Shown here piece after piece: positions 17,314 to 24,728 of a stretch of DNA of 64,000 nucleotides; the first letter of the stretch is position 1; each line of letters begins with the position of its first letter. A program made the translations under genes and the position numbers. The DNA lies in the IMG/VR virus record IMGVR_UViG_3300046003_007892, positions 62,001 through 126,000 of that record; one strand, given 5' to 3'. The notes under the pieces were generated by a model. It searched no databases. It was not told where the DNA came from and saw only the letters and a program-made list of their open reading frames with translations.

Positions 17314-18383
17314 TTTGTCATGCCGATCATTTTGGCCATTCCGGGCGTCAGGCAAATGCGAACCTTCCCGGCACGCGTCAGATACTCGCTCATGTAAGGC
17401 CCCCCGGTGATCTCGGCGTCCGTCTGGACCCCGGTGGCCAGGATGAAGACGTCGGCGGGCTTCAGGTCGAGGCCGAGTGCGGTAGAGGCGTCTTCAGCCA
17501 TCTTCGCCTGATGTTCCGCATAGACGGTCGGGAAGTGGAAGACTTTGTGCGCCTTCATCATCGCGGAGCCGATGGCGATACCGGACAGGCCCTTGAACCA
17601 TTTGTTGCCGAACAGGCCCATGTCTTCGTCGCGACAGAACACGCCGCCGACCCGATCATAATAGAGACCGAAGGGCTTCGACAGGCTGAAGACGATGTTC
17701 CGCACGGATGGGGCGTTGAGGTTGAAGCGTTCCTTGATCGACGCCTCCGGCACGGCGCCCACATAGGTGACATCGACCACCACGCTGTTCTCGGGCATCG
17801 CGGCCAGGAAGGCATTGAAGTCCGACCAGACCATGCCGTCGATGGCGGACGGTGCCGAGATGAAGAACAGGTCGAGACCGCCATCACGAACCCCGCGCCA
17901 CTCACTAGGGAAACCGCTGGCGGGCATATCGTAGTCACACAGCGTGTCCCAGTTCGCTCTCGGATGTTCGACCCAACCGATGCCAGCAGCCTCGGCCATG
18001 GCTTTGTAGCCCTCGTATTCACCCTCAAAGAAATGAATGCGGGGGGCTCCGGTTTTCCGCTTGGCGGCGAGATCGAAGATGATCTGTCGCAGGGGTTCGC
18101 TCGCGCCCGCCGTGGGATAGTAGAAGGGGAACAGGCTGCGGTCGAGATCGACAACCGGCTTCGACCACTCGGCCCAGGTGTCGAAGAACTCGACGTGGGT
18201 CTGGTCCTGTTTGCCCGTCCACGCCTCGCGAAACCCGTCGTAGTAGTCGGGCGCGTCGAACACACCCCGCTTGGCTGCTTCGGTCTCCGGCGTGACCAGC
18301 GCGTAGACGGTCTTGGACAAGCCAGCGCATTGCAGGGCAATGTTGAGGACCGGGACGGGGTTGTATTGAGTCGAGGTGGCCAC
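17310..18383 (-). CDS. PLP-dependent fold-type I (aminotransferase-like) enzyme
   Basis: VVVDVTY; SLSKPFGL..DRVG Schiff-base Lys motif. Confidence 0.75.
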   Translation of the reverse strand: MATSTQYNPVPVLNIALQCAGLSKTVYALVTPETEAAKRGVFDAPDYYDGFREAWTGKQDQTHVEFFDTWAEWSKPVVDLDRSLFPFYYPTAGASEPLRQIIFDLAAKRKTGAPRIHFFEGEYEGYKAMAEAAGIGWVEHPRANWDTLCDYDMPASGFPSEWRGVRDGGLDLFFISAPSAIDGMVWSDFNAFLAAMPENSVVVDVTYVGAVPEASIKERFNLNAPSVRNIVFSLSKPFGLYYDRVGGVFCRDEDMGLFGNKWFKGLSGIAIGSAMMKAHKVFHFPTVYAEHQAKMAEDASTALGLDLKPADVFILATGVQTDAEITGGPYMSEYLTRAGKVRICLTPGMAKMIGMTK

Positions 18384-18386
18384 GGG

Positions 18387-18767
18387 TCAGCCTTTCGGGT
18401 GTTTGGTTTTGCCCTCGGGCATGAAGACGCCGAACTCGCGGTCGAACAGCCGCGCTGTCCGAGCATCCGGGAACTCCACCATCGCGATGCTGGTCCCATC
18501 TTCGAACCCGAAGTCGGCGTCCGTGTCGTGCTCGCTCAACCACGCATCCATCTTGGGAGTGGGGCGCAGTTCGATGCTGCATTCGAGCGAGAACGGTTCA
18601 CCCGCTTCGACTACATCCTCCGGGATGGACGGTACGATGACGTCATGATCGAAGAGATCGGCGTGGGGCTTTCCGAGATAGCGGCAGACCGACGTGTTCC
18701 GCTTGCCCATCACGACCATGACGGCCAGGATGGCGAGGACTGCGGCACCCCCGAAGAAACGTCTCAT
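18387..18767 (-). CDS. hypothetical protein
   Basis: ATGA-coupled start MRRFFGG. Confidence 0.6.
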   Translation of the reverse strand: MRRFFGGAAVLAILAVMVVMGKRNTSVCRYLGKPHADLFDHDVIVPSIPEDVVEAGEPFSLECSIELRPTPKMDAWLSEHDTDADFGFEDGTSIAMVEFPDARTARLFDREFGVFMPEGKTKHPKG

Positions 18768-19255
18768 GCCGTCATCCCGCGAAGTTGCAGCATGGCGGCC
18801 CGGTAGGACGGCATCTTGCTGGTATTGAAGTCGAGTTCGGACAGACCCGCCAACTGGAGGGCCGTGTAGACCATCTCGGGGTGGAGTTCCTTCGCGAGCA
18901 CGGCGACGAAATGATCGGCGATCTTGTAGTAGTCGTTGTGCTGGCCGAGGGGTGTGCGCAGCCTCTTCAGGCGCGCGATCACCACGCTGATGAGCGAGTA
19001 TTGGAGCGGCAGCGACATGCCCTTCAGGCTCACGGCGCGCTGTTCCAGGATGTCTTCGACGGCGTCGCCGAGTTCGATGTAGCCGAACTTGCGGGGCAGG
19101 GCGGTGATCTTCGTGACGATCATGCGCCCCTCGGCGAGGCGGCATTCCACGGTGTCGCCTTCATTGAGTTCCAGCGCGGCGGCGATCTGGTGCGGAACCG
19201 CGACGAGCGTGTCGCCCGTGCATTCGTCGTCGTAAATCTTGACTTGTTCGCGCAT
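18764..19255 (-). CDS. AbrB/MazE-like DNA-binding domain protein
   Basis: VAVPHQIAAALELNEGDTVECRLAEGRMIV. Confidence 0.65.
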   Translation of the reverse strand: MREQVKIYDDECTGDTLVAVPHQIAAALELNEGDTVECRLAEGRMIVTKITALPRKFGYIELGDAVEDILEQRAVSLKGMSLPLQYSLISVVIARLKRLRTPLGQHNDYYKIADHFVAVLAKELHPEMVYTALQLAGLSELDFNTSKMPSYRAAMLQLRGMTA

Positions 19256-19335
19256 CAGTTCCTCCGGTGTAGAGATCGAACTAAGCCCGATGCGAAATCT
19301 TGTCAAGCAAAAAGGGTTGACTGCGATAGCGATAA

Positions 19336-19617
19336 ATGGAAAATGATGAGATGAAAATCAGCCCCCGCACCTGCACCCACGTCTTCAGCGTCGCGAAGAA
19401 AACCCGGTTCTATGTTGACACGCTCGACCCCGTTTGGCCGGACGTTGAGAAGATGCTGAAGAAATGGCGCATCGGCAATGTGAACGGGCATTTCAACCTC
19501 GAACGCACTGCCGACATCATAGAGATGAACCTCGTGTTGGGAATCACCGGTAGCTATGAGCCCCTAGACGAGGAAGACCAGGAACTCGTCCGTGAAGCGT
19601 TCGCGCGTCTTACCTGA
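19336..19617 (+). CDS. hypothetical protein
   Basis: 93 aa. Confidence 0.55.
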   Translation: MENDEMKISPRTCTHVFSVAKKTRFYVDTLDPVWPDVEKMLKKWRIGNVNGHFNLERTADIIEMNLVLGITGSYEPLDEEDQELVREAFARLT

Positions 19618-19741
19618 CCAGCCTCACATGACAGTTGAGCCACATCCCGGCTTCCATGAGGCGTTTGGCCTCAATGGCGTTGCGGGCATCGACACGACCG
19701 CACTCGCGGCCATCAGCGGCCAGGATTTGATAGGTCTTCAT
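19610..19741 (-). CDS. 43 aa hypothetical protein (not in ORF track)
   Basis: GGAGA SD; MKTYQILAADGRECGRVDARNA... Confidence 0.5.
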   Translation of the reverse strand: MKTYQILAADGRECGRVDARNAIEAKRLMEAGMWLNCHVRLVR

Positions 19742-19790
19742 GACATTTCTCCGATTCTGGTTTAACCAGTAAAGGGTATGGGAGAAAGTG

Positions 19791-20324
19791 TCAATGGGAG
19801 GACAGTATCGGCCAGACGATTGGCCACAATGCGATAAGAGACGGGATGGCCACAGCGAAAACAGAAATATACACGGCTCGTTTGGCTGTTCGGTGTGCCC
19901 GCCTCGCTTCCAGATTTGCTGATCGAGCCTCTCTGTTAGCCTCTTCGGCTATGCGGTTCGCTTCATCCGCAAGGTGGATATTTTTTTCTTCCCGCGCCAC
20001 ACGCTCTTTTTCGGCAACCACCTCTGGTGCGTTCGCTGCCATGTTCTCAGCGGTTTGGATTCCGAGATCAGTGAGATAAAATCGGTTGCAAGACCCGTAT
20101 GTCCCGTGGGTCCAAAACCTAGGCTCGTCATTCAACAGACGAGCCTCGTCTCTCAGGCGCACCAGTCCAGCATTTTTGTGTTTGTCGAGAATGAAATCGT
20201 TTGTCTCGTTGTCGGTCGCCCCGCTCTCTAACGAGACCGCGTTCTTTCCGTGCAAGTAAACGATTATCGATTCATCAATTTTGTCCATAAACCCTTCGTA
20301 TCGCAGGAGGAGCATGATAGTCAA
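19791..20324 (-). CDS. membrane-anchored coiled-coil protein
   Basis: EANR repeats then C-terminal TM. Confidence 0.6.
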   Translation of the reverse strand: MTIMLLLRYEGFMDKIDESIIVYLHGKNAVSLESGATDNETNDFILDKHKNAGLVRLRDEARLLNDEPRFWTHGTYGSCNRFYLTDLGIQTAENMAANAPEVVAEKERVAREEKNIHLADEANRIAEEANREARSANLEARRAHRTAKRAVYISVFAVAIPSLIALWPIVWPILSSH

Positions 20325-20331
20325 AATAAAA

Positions 20332-20419
20332 TGGAGACTGCCGGAGGGCTCGAACCTCTGGACTTCCTGCCCGCTCTTTAGTGTCGCCAGTTTAGGAAAC
20401 TGGTGCGGGGACGGCAGTC
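20332..20419 (-). tRNA. atypical D-armless tRNA-like RNA, anticodon CCU (Arg)
   Basis: acceptor GACUGCC/GGCAGUC, U73, CCA; T-loop UUCGAGC; AC arm CCAGU-UUCCUAA-ACUGG; 9 nt in place of D-arm; 27 nt variable region. Confidence 0.55.
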
Positions 20420-20443
20420 GTAGCTCAACGATAAATAGGGAGT

Positions 20444-20977
20444 ATGAATATTGAACTACTCCAAGAATATATCGAGCAGGGTCTGTCCAGCTATCAGATC
20501 GCGGCCAAGACCAATAAGGCGGCGACGACCGTCCGATACTGGATAAAGAAGCACGGCCTCAGCATTTCAAAGCCTGATAAGCCGGATAACCATTGCGCCC
20601 GGTGCGACACCGTCAAGACCAGAGACGACTTCTACCAATACGACACCAAGCGGAGGACGACCTACTGTAAGCCCTGCATGGCGTCGTGGATGAAAGATCG
20701 CTGTCGGAAGCTCAAGGCCCTGGCGGTGGAATATGCGGGAGGCTGCTGCAAGGGCTGCGGCTACGACAAATATCAGGGTGCTCTAGACTTCCATCACCGG
20801 GACCCGGCGCAGAAGGATTTCTCCATTGCTGCCAACATGCGGCGCGGAGACCTCAGCGAGACCATGAAGGCCGAGATCGATAAGTGTGTTCTCCTTTGTG
20901 CTAACTGCCACCGCGAGGCTCACGGCGGACTACGGGATTGGAAGATGGAGGGCCCTGAGAGAATCGAACTCTCGTGA
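20444..20977 (+). CDS. HNH homing endonuclease with HTH and Zn-finger
   Basis: ALDFHHRDP, LLCANCHREAH; TAAATA-N6-ATG; antisense inside tRNA operon. Confidence 0.9.
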   Translation: MNIELLQEYIEQGLSSYQIAAKTNKAATTVRYWIKKHGLSISKPDKPDNHCARCDTVKTRDDFYQYDTKRRTTYCKPCMASWMKDRCRKLKALAVEYAGGCCKGCGYDKYQGALDFHHRDPAQKDFSIAANMRRGDLSETMKAEIDKCVLLCANCHREAHGGLRDWKMEGPERIELS

Positions 20978-21019
20978 AGTGATTAAAAGTCACCTATTCT
21001 GCCATTGAATTAAGGGCCC
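20946..21019 (-). tRNA. tRNA-Lys(UUU), canonical length
   Basis: loop CUUUUAA, U73, CCA. Confidence 0.9.
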
Positions 21020-21022
21020 ATC

Positions 21023-21116
21023 TGGAGAACGCGGTGGGACTCGAACCCACGGGGTCAGGCTTGCACCTGTTACGGGCTTAAAAGGCCCGGCCTCTCGCCA
21101 CTGAGGTGACGCGTCC
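21023..21116 (-). tRNA. tRNA-Lys(UUU) with long variable arm
   Basis: 94 nt; CGGGC-CUUUUAA-GCCCG; V-arm CAGGU-GCAA-GCCUG; U73, CCA. Confidence 0.8.
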
Positions 21117-21130
21117 GTTCAGAAGAAACT

Positions 21131-21217
21131 TGGAGGATTGGATGGGACTCGAACCCATGATGAGCTTACGCTAGCGGGGTAAGAACCCGCGCCTCTCGCC
21201 GCTGAGGTGACCAATCC
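21131..21217 (-). tRNA. tRNA-Lys(CUU) with long variable arm
   Basis: 87 nt; GCGGG-UUCUUAC-CCCGC; V-arm AGC-GUAA-GCU; U73, CCA. Confidence 0.8.
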
Positions 21218-21235
21218 GAGAAGTGGTGTGGGTGG

Positions 21236-21311
21236 TGGTGAACGCGCTCGGGTTCGAACCGAGGACCAACAGATTAAGAGTCTGTCGCTCTACCAACTGA
21301 GCTACGCGTCC
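21236..21311 (-). tRNA. tRNA-Lys(CUU), canonical
   Basis: loop CUCUUAA, A73, CCA. Confidence 0.93.
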
Positions 21312-21386
21312 GTTACCACGGAAGGATTTGTTGGGAGCGTCATGGCTTCAAGCACACGAACGAAACCCGGCCACAGCTTTTGGCTG

Positions 21387-21428
21387 TTACCTGGATTTCC
21401 GTTTCGAGAAGGTGCGAAGCGAGGTCAT
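21387..21428 (-). CDS. candidate leader peptide MTSLRTFSKRKSR of tRNA operon 2
   Basis: ATG 8 nt after TAAATA; ends AAA CGG AAA TCC AGG TAA. Confidence 0.55.
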   Translation of the reverse strand: MTSLRTFSKRKSR

Positions 21429-21436
21429 GATGTTTG

Positions 21437-21466
21437 TATTTAGCCTGAGGGCTGCGTTTCTGTCAA
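21437..21466 (-). promoter_or_regulatory. tRNA operon 2 promoter
   Basis: TTGACA-N16-GCTAAATA. Confidence 0.75.
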
Positions 21467-21483
21467 TAAGTTTTTTCGACTGG

Positions 21484-21981
21484 TTAGACGATTGCGGTTC
21501 CGCCGTTCGTCAGTCTGATCTCAGACCCGGCGATGAGGCAGAGTTCGTCCTCCCGGTGGAAGTCCCAGAAGATGCCCCGCACCACGCTGCCCAGCCAGTC
21601 GATGGTGGAGTGGTCAATGTAAGCTTCCAAGATGGGACCGCCGTTGGCGAACTGCTCGGCCATGTCTGGGTTGACGGTCCAGTGCACGCCCAAGGGTTCT
21701 CGGGGTTTTTCAGTCTCGCGGAAGCCCCGATACATAATCTCCTGGCGGGCGTATGCAGCCACGTGGGCCTTGGCGTCACCGGTCATACTCACGAGCCACT
21801 GGTCTAGGGCATCTCGATTTCCGCCGAACATGTGCTCGATGCCGCCTTCGGTCCACCCGATCTGTTCTTTGTAACAGTCATGGACGTCGCCGTTCGCGGG
21901 GTCCCGCGAGTAGGCGATCACTTTCTCGGCGGTGACGTTAGCCAGTCCGGCCGTTTCCATGAGATCGATGTAGGCGCGCAT
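21484..21981 (-). CDS. late protein with capsid-targeting-like N-terminus, possibly ART-like
   Basis: TAAATA-N5-ATG; MRAYIDLMET; MYRGF..LGVHWT..A..FA. Confidence 0.7.
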   Translation of the reverse strand: MRAYIDLMETAGLANVTAEKVIAYSRDPANGDVHDCYKEQIGWTEGGIEHMFGGNRDALDQWLVSMTGDAKAHVAAYARQEIMYRGFRETEKPREPLGVHWTVNPDMAEQFANGGPILEAYIDHSTIDWLGSVVRGIFWDFHREDELCLIAGSEIRLTNGGTAIV

Positions 21982-21994
21982 GCACCTATTTAGA

Positions 21995-22399
21995 TCAGGC
22001 GGAGACGATTTCTTTTTCGAGATAACGCTTGGCCATCTCGGCGTAGATGCGCTTCATGACGCCGACCATCTCGATAGCGTTCTGCATCTCGCGGTGAGCG
22101 ATCAGGATGTCGGCGTACAGGAGGGCTTCCTCGCGGGTCTCGAAGGCGCGGTCGCGCTGCATGTAGACGTCGTGGCCGTAGCCGTCGTGGAAGACGTAGA
22201 CGCTCGCCTCACCGTAGCCGTTGCACATGCTCTCGCTGCCGTCCGGGATGATCTCGCCTTCGAACGTGGTGTGCTCGGCCACATAGCCGGTCTCGGGCTC
22301 CTTGACTTCCCAGAAACGAATCGGGACGAAGAAGAGGCGCGTGCCCACGGCCCAGCCAGTGGTGTTGATGGGCGAGACAGTGGTGCGCGGCGTTTCCAT
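21995..22399 (-). CDS. hypothetical protein
   Basis: ATG 5 nt after TTGACA-N16-TAAACA. Confidence 0.7.
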   Translation of the reverse strand: METPRTTVSPINTTGWAVGTRLFFVPIRFWEVKEPETGYVAEHTTFEGEIIPDGSESMCNGYGEASVYVFHDGYGHDVYMQRDRAFETREEALLYADILIAHREMQNAIEMVGVMKRIYAEMAKRYLEKEIVSA

Positions 22400-22442
22400 A
22401 AGGGTGTTTTAGACCATTGGGGAAACTTGTCAAGTAAATAAA

Positions 22443-22751
22443 TCAGCACATTTGGACTGGGCGGTCCTTGCCGAACGAACCGCCGATTGGTTCGAGGACG
22501 TCGCGGATATCGCGCAGATTGACCCCGACTTTGAGGCGAACCATCATGAAGGGGTCGAAGCCCGTGGTTGTCATCTGACGAGCAATATAGGGGCGGAGCT
22601 TCATCATCGCCTCGTGATTGGCCCCGGTGATAATCCAGTTCCACTCCGCGTCTTCTTCGGTCACGAAGTAAGACATGAAATCGTTGGGCCTCGGGCTGGG
22701 GCCGCGAGGATTGTCGGTGAAATCGGCATCATGGCCTTCGTAAGGTCTCAT
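22443..22751 (-). CDS. hypothetical protein
   Basis: 102 aa, coupled. Confidence 0.6.
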   Translation of the reverse strand: MRPYEGHDADFTDNPRGPSPRPNDFMSYFVTEEDAEWNWIITGANHEAMMKLRPYIARQMTTTGFDPFMMVRLKVGVNLRDIRDVLEPIGGSFGKDRPVQMC

Positions 22752-23014
22752 GCATTATCCTCGAACTTGACTACAATCCCGGTGTCGAACGTGAGGCGAT
22801 GTTCGACCATGTCACTGTCTGACAACTGGGCAAACAGGACGACGACGTCCAGCGTCACATCGCCATTGAGAACTTCTATCTGACCGGTGCCGATAACATA
22901 CTTCAACCCTCGTTCGACCACGAAGGCTTTGTGCTCAGTCTCGGCGACCGAGACCAACATGTTGGCGGGCAGGTTGGGACTATTGACGTCTTCACCCTTC
23001 GCACGAAGACCCAT
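22748..23014 (-). CDS. hypothetical protein (start uncertain)
   Basis: MGLRAKGED... Confidence 0.55.
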   Translation of the reverse strand: MGLRAKGEDVNSPNLPANMLVSVAETEHKAFVVERGLKYVIGTGQIEVLNGDVTLDVVVLFAQLSDSDMVEHRLTFDTGIVVKFEDNA

Positions 23015-23075
23015 GACCGTAGTATAGGTCACAGGGACCCAGTGGGTCCCGTCGCCTTGCGAAAAACTCTCGGTC

Positions 23076-23321
23076 TCAGTCTCCGCCGCCACCACCGCCG
23101 TCACCTCCACCGTCGCCTCCACCACCGAAGTCACCGAAATCCCATCCGCCGTCGCCGCCAGCACCGTGGCCGCGCCCAGCCGAACCGGCCTTGATCACGA
23201 CGGCCAGGATGAAGAGGATGGCGCAGATGATGCAGGCGATGCCCCACGGGTTGAAGTCGCCCGTGATCAAGGCCGTGACGAAGGTCGCCACCGTTGCAGC
23301 GAAAAGAAGAATCCGAATCAT
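23076..23321 (-). CDS. two-TM membrane protein with Gly/Asp-rich tail
   Basis: MIRILLFAA...GGGGDGGGDGGGGGGD. Confidence 0.65.
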   Translation of the reverse strand: MIRILLFAATVATFVTALITGDFNPWGIACIICAILFILAVVIKAGSAGRGHGAGGDGGWDFGDFGGGGDGGGDGGGGGGD

Positions 23322-23370
23322 TCGTGTCCCCAAAAAACTCGGGAGCATTTAACCAGCCGAAATCGACCTG

Positions 23371-24195
23371 TCAAATCTCTTCTTCGCTCAGGTCGGCAGA
23401 GTCGGCGCGGAATTCTTTTGCGAAGATGGACTTGATGTTCTTGGGGTCGAACACGAGCCACCAGTGACTGCTCTCGTAATCCCGAGAGCCATGATCGGCC
23501 AGCGTGTCGGAGATGTAGATACCGTCATAACCCTCGGCCATGATGGCGGCTTTGAACTCGTCTACTTCCTGGTCGTTCGACTTCACGCCACGGGGCAGAT
23601 GGGCCAGCAGGCGATGCCAGCCGTCCGTGCGCTGATAGCTGGCTTCCAACGCTCTGACTTCCCTGCCCAGCAATTCGTAGCGGGCCCGGTCAAAGGGCTG
23701 CCCGTCAGATTTGGCCATGAAGGTCGAACCGCCGTCTTCAGTTTTGAGGCCACGTTCGTTTTCCCGACCGCTGGCGTTGTATCGTTTGTGGAGGGCGTAA
23801 TACTCACGCATCTTGTCGGCGTCATCGCCCCACAGTCCCTCGGAATCCATATAGAGGGGCTTGGTGACCCGGAGGAAGCAGGGCATCACGTTTCCTCCGC
23901 CACCCGCACCAGCGGGCAGAGAATCGGTTCGATCACTGGCGACGCCCGCGAAATAGCTGGGAGTTCTCGGGTCCACGTCGAACCAGAACCCGAGACGGTT
24001 GAAGCCGTAGGACTTTCGGTTCTCCGATGCGTGCTTGAACTCCGTCACGTCTTCGAAGGTGCCGTGATAGCAGACGACTGGATGGCCATCGCCGTCTACG
24101 ACCTTGCTGCCCTGAAACCACCGCTGGAATCCTGGATGCTGGAGAACCCGCTCAACGGGGTTGGCAGCTTCGACGAGGTCGATCAGATCACGCAT
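23371..24195 (-). CDS. ART-PolyVal-like ADP-ribosyltransferase, late
   Basis: WFQGSKVVD..P..YHGT, GFWF, GYDGIYI, VFDPKNIKS; TAAATA-N4-ATG; MRDLIDLVEA. Confidence 0.75.
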   Translation of the reverse strand: MRDLIDLVEAANPVERVLQHPGFQRWFQGSKVVDGDGHPVVCYHGTFEDVTEFKHASENRKSYGFNRLGFWFDVDPRTPSYFAGVASDRTDSLPAGAGGGGNVMPCFLRVTKPLYMDSEGLWGDDADKMREYYALHKRYNASGRENERGLKTEDGGSTFMAKSDGQPFDRARYELLGREVRALEASYQRTDGWHRLLAHLPRGVKSNDQEVDEFKAAIMAEGYDGIYISDTLADHGSRDYESSHWWLVFDPKNIKSIFAKEFRADSADLSEEEI

Positions 24196-24202
24196 GGCGT
24201 AT

Positions 24203-24706
24203 TTATTCGGAGCGGAAGACGATGTCGGACGCATTCACACGCAAGACCGGTGGCATCTTGACGATCACCTCATCTTGGGCTCGCATCTTCGTGAACGGTT
24301 GGGCCTCTTCGTCAAAACGGACGAGGTCGCAGAACTCGTCCAGACCTTCCTTCTTGATCACGACATAGGCGGAGTCGAAGCCGAACATGAAATCGGTTGC
24401 GCTGTCTTGTTCACTCGACCAACTAGCAAGCGGTCTCCCCGCCGAGATAATGTCGAAGAAACCATTTTGGCGCAGGCTTTCTTTCTGGGCCCGGTCGGGC
24501 ATGTAGCCTCGATAGAGGGCGGCATGACCAGAGGTGAAGTGGTTGGCAGTCGCTTCCAGAGCCAGGAGATCGTTCTGGACCTCGTCCATGTCACCGCAGA
24601 CCCAGGTCGAAAGCGCACGACATAGGAGCTTCACCTGCGGGTCAGGATGCTGGCAGGATTGCCAGTGCGGTTTGGCAGTCTCCATGAGGACGTCGATGTA
24701 TCGCAT
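24203..24706 (-). CDS. late protein with capsid-targeting-like N-terminus, possibly ART-like
   Basis: TAAATA-N4-ATG; MRYIDVLMET; LYRG..ASWS..A.DF..QDEV. Confidence 0.7.
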   Translation of the reverse strand: MRYIDVLMETAKPHWQSCQHPDPQVKLLCRALSTWVCGDMDEVQNDLLALEATANHFTSGHAALYRGYMPDRAQKESLRQNGFFDIISAGRPLASWSSEQDSATDFMFGFDSAYVVIKKEGLDEFCDLVRFDEEAQPFTKMRAQDEVIVKMPPVLRVNASDIVFRSE

Positions 24707-24710
24707 CCGA

Positions 24711-24724
24711 TATTTACCTAAATA
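24711..24724. promoter_or_regulatory. divergent late promoters
   Basis: TATTTA-CC-TAAATA with ATG 4 nt away on each side. Confidence 0.8.
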
Positions 24725-24728
24725 CGCC

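Noticed and set aside
20413-20443. + strand GTAGCTCAA resembling a tRNA 5' half or an SD-sequestering hairpin
   Set aside because: No anticodon or T arm follows; only 4 bp possible
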